Both the position numbers and the translations under genes were made by a program. From Octopus bimaculoides (Eukaryota): DNA of 64,000 bases. A model generated the notes under the pieces. The model did not search any database. It was not told the origin of the DNA and worked only from the letters and a program-made list of their open reading frames with translations. Shown here piece after piece: positions 62,966-64,000 of this stretch. The stretch covers positions 43,079,236-43,143,235 of the forward strand of contig NC_068994.1 in NCBI RefSeq assembly GCF_001194135.2, written 5' to 3'. Position 1 is the first letter of the stretch. Each line of letters opens with the position of its first letter.

Positions 62966-63410
62966 ATAGGTGCAGGCATAGCTGTGTGGTAAGAAGCTTG
63001 CTTCCCAACCACATGATTCCAGGTTCAGTCCCACTGTGGGGCAAACTTTGGGAAGGTGTCTTCTACTATAATACTGGGTCGATCAAAGCCTTGTGAGTGA
63101 ATTTGGTAAACAGAAACTGAAAGAAGCTCATTGTATATGTATGTGTGTGTATGTGTGTGCACGGACGTGTGTGCACGGACGTGTGTGTATGTGTGAGATT
63201 TTATCTGTATTTGTCCTCCAACACTGCTTGACAACCGTTGTTGGTGTGTTCACATCCCTGTAAGTCAGTTGTTTAGCCAAAGAGACATATAGAATAAGTA
63301 CCAGATTTTTAAAAAAAATACAAGATCTGGGGTTGATCCATTTGACTAAAAGTCCTTCAAGATGGTTCCCCAGCATCATCGAAGCCTAATGACTGAAACA
63401 GGTAAAAAAA
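62966..63410 (+). mobile_element. Full-length CORE-like SINE
   Basis: A-box-like TAGCTGTGTGG, B-box GGTTCAGTCCC, core, internal TG tract with a 14-bp duplication, CCCCAGCATC...AATGACTGAAACAGGTAAAA tail. Confidence 0.9.
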
Positions 63411-63842
63411 GGAACATCAGAACATTCTTCCTTATGTCATATCTACCTGATTGCTTCAATTTTTGTCAAAAATCTCTGATGTAGTCTAGTTCTTAACTTC
63501 ATTCCAGTTTCTTCTTTATTTTTCGTAATAGTGTAGGTTGGATAGATCTACACAACTACCCTTTGATATATTATCTCAAAACTTTTTCTATATTTATTGT
63601 TCTCGGTAAGATGGTACGTAACTGTCTAAATTCATGCATGTCTAGTCTTCTACAATATTAGCTACTGATTAATATTTAGCATGTTGACACTTAACTTATG
63701 TCACAATTTGCAAAGACTGGCATAGCTAGTTATGGGTGCCCATGGGGCTAATAACTGATTAACTGTATTTATAATGGCAAGAGTGACAATGAAATATGTT
63801 TGCAGCTTGGTGGACCTAGTGTATTAGGGAAGAGTGGGAGTA

Positions 63843-63902
<60 letters not shown>

Positions 63903-63955
63903 CTCAAGATGTATAACAAATATATGTATGCATACATGTTCATACATATTTATAT

Positions 63956-64000
<45 letters not shown>

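Noticed and set aside
62975-63040. tRNA-like sequences with A/B boxes (also 783, 21738, 34436, 57401)
   Set aside because: They continue into SINE core domains and lack a cloverleaf acceptor stem; not tRNA genes.

Overview
AT-rich, CpG-poor eukaryotic scaffold segment, saturated with (TA)n/(CA)n/(GATA)n/triplet microsatellites and broken by 11 N-gaps. The repeat types (tRNA-headed CORE-like SINEs with an internal TG tract, SINEs with a GCCTTTCATCCTTTCGGGGTC domain, RTE-tail elements ending in (GAT)n, R4/Dong-like LINE relics) point to an octopus-type coleoid cephalopod genome. That assignment is an inference from remembered repeat sequences, not a database hit. No host protein-coding gene can be named, and nearly all long ORFs in the supplied track are microsatellite or N-gap artefacts. 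The real coding signal is transposon debris: a Tc1 transposase relic (2.7-3.8 kb), a mariner-like element with a nested RTE fragment (22.7-23.6 kb), RTE and R4/Dong RT/endonuclease relics, and a frameshifted hAT-like transposase (60.9-61.4 kb). Non-autonomous elements include TA-flanked mariner MITEs (one carries an RFX X-box in each arm), TTAA-ended MITEs, a Helentron-like element and a 150-bp palindrome. Several short splice-bounded segments may be exons, notably a possible 3' end with alternative terminal exons at 8.2-10.6 kb; all are low confidence. I found no convincing wholly new biological system. The best leads are the X-box MITE, repeated R4/Dong-like insertion at (TAA)n, the palindrome and the candidate alternative C-terminal exons.
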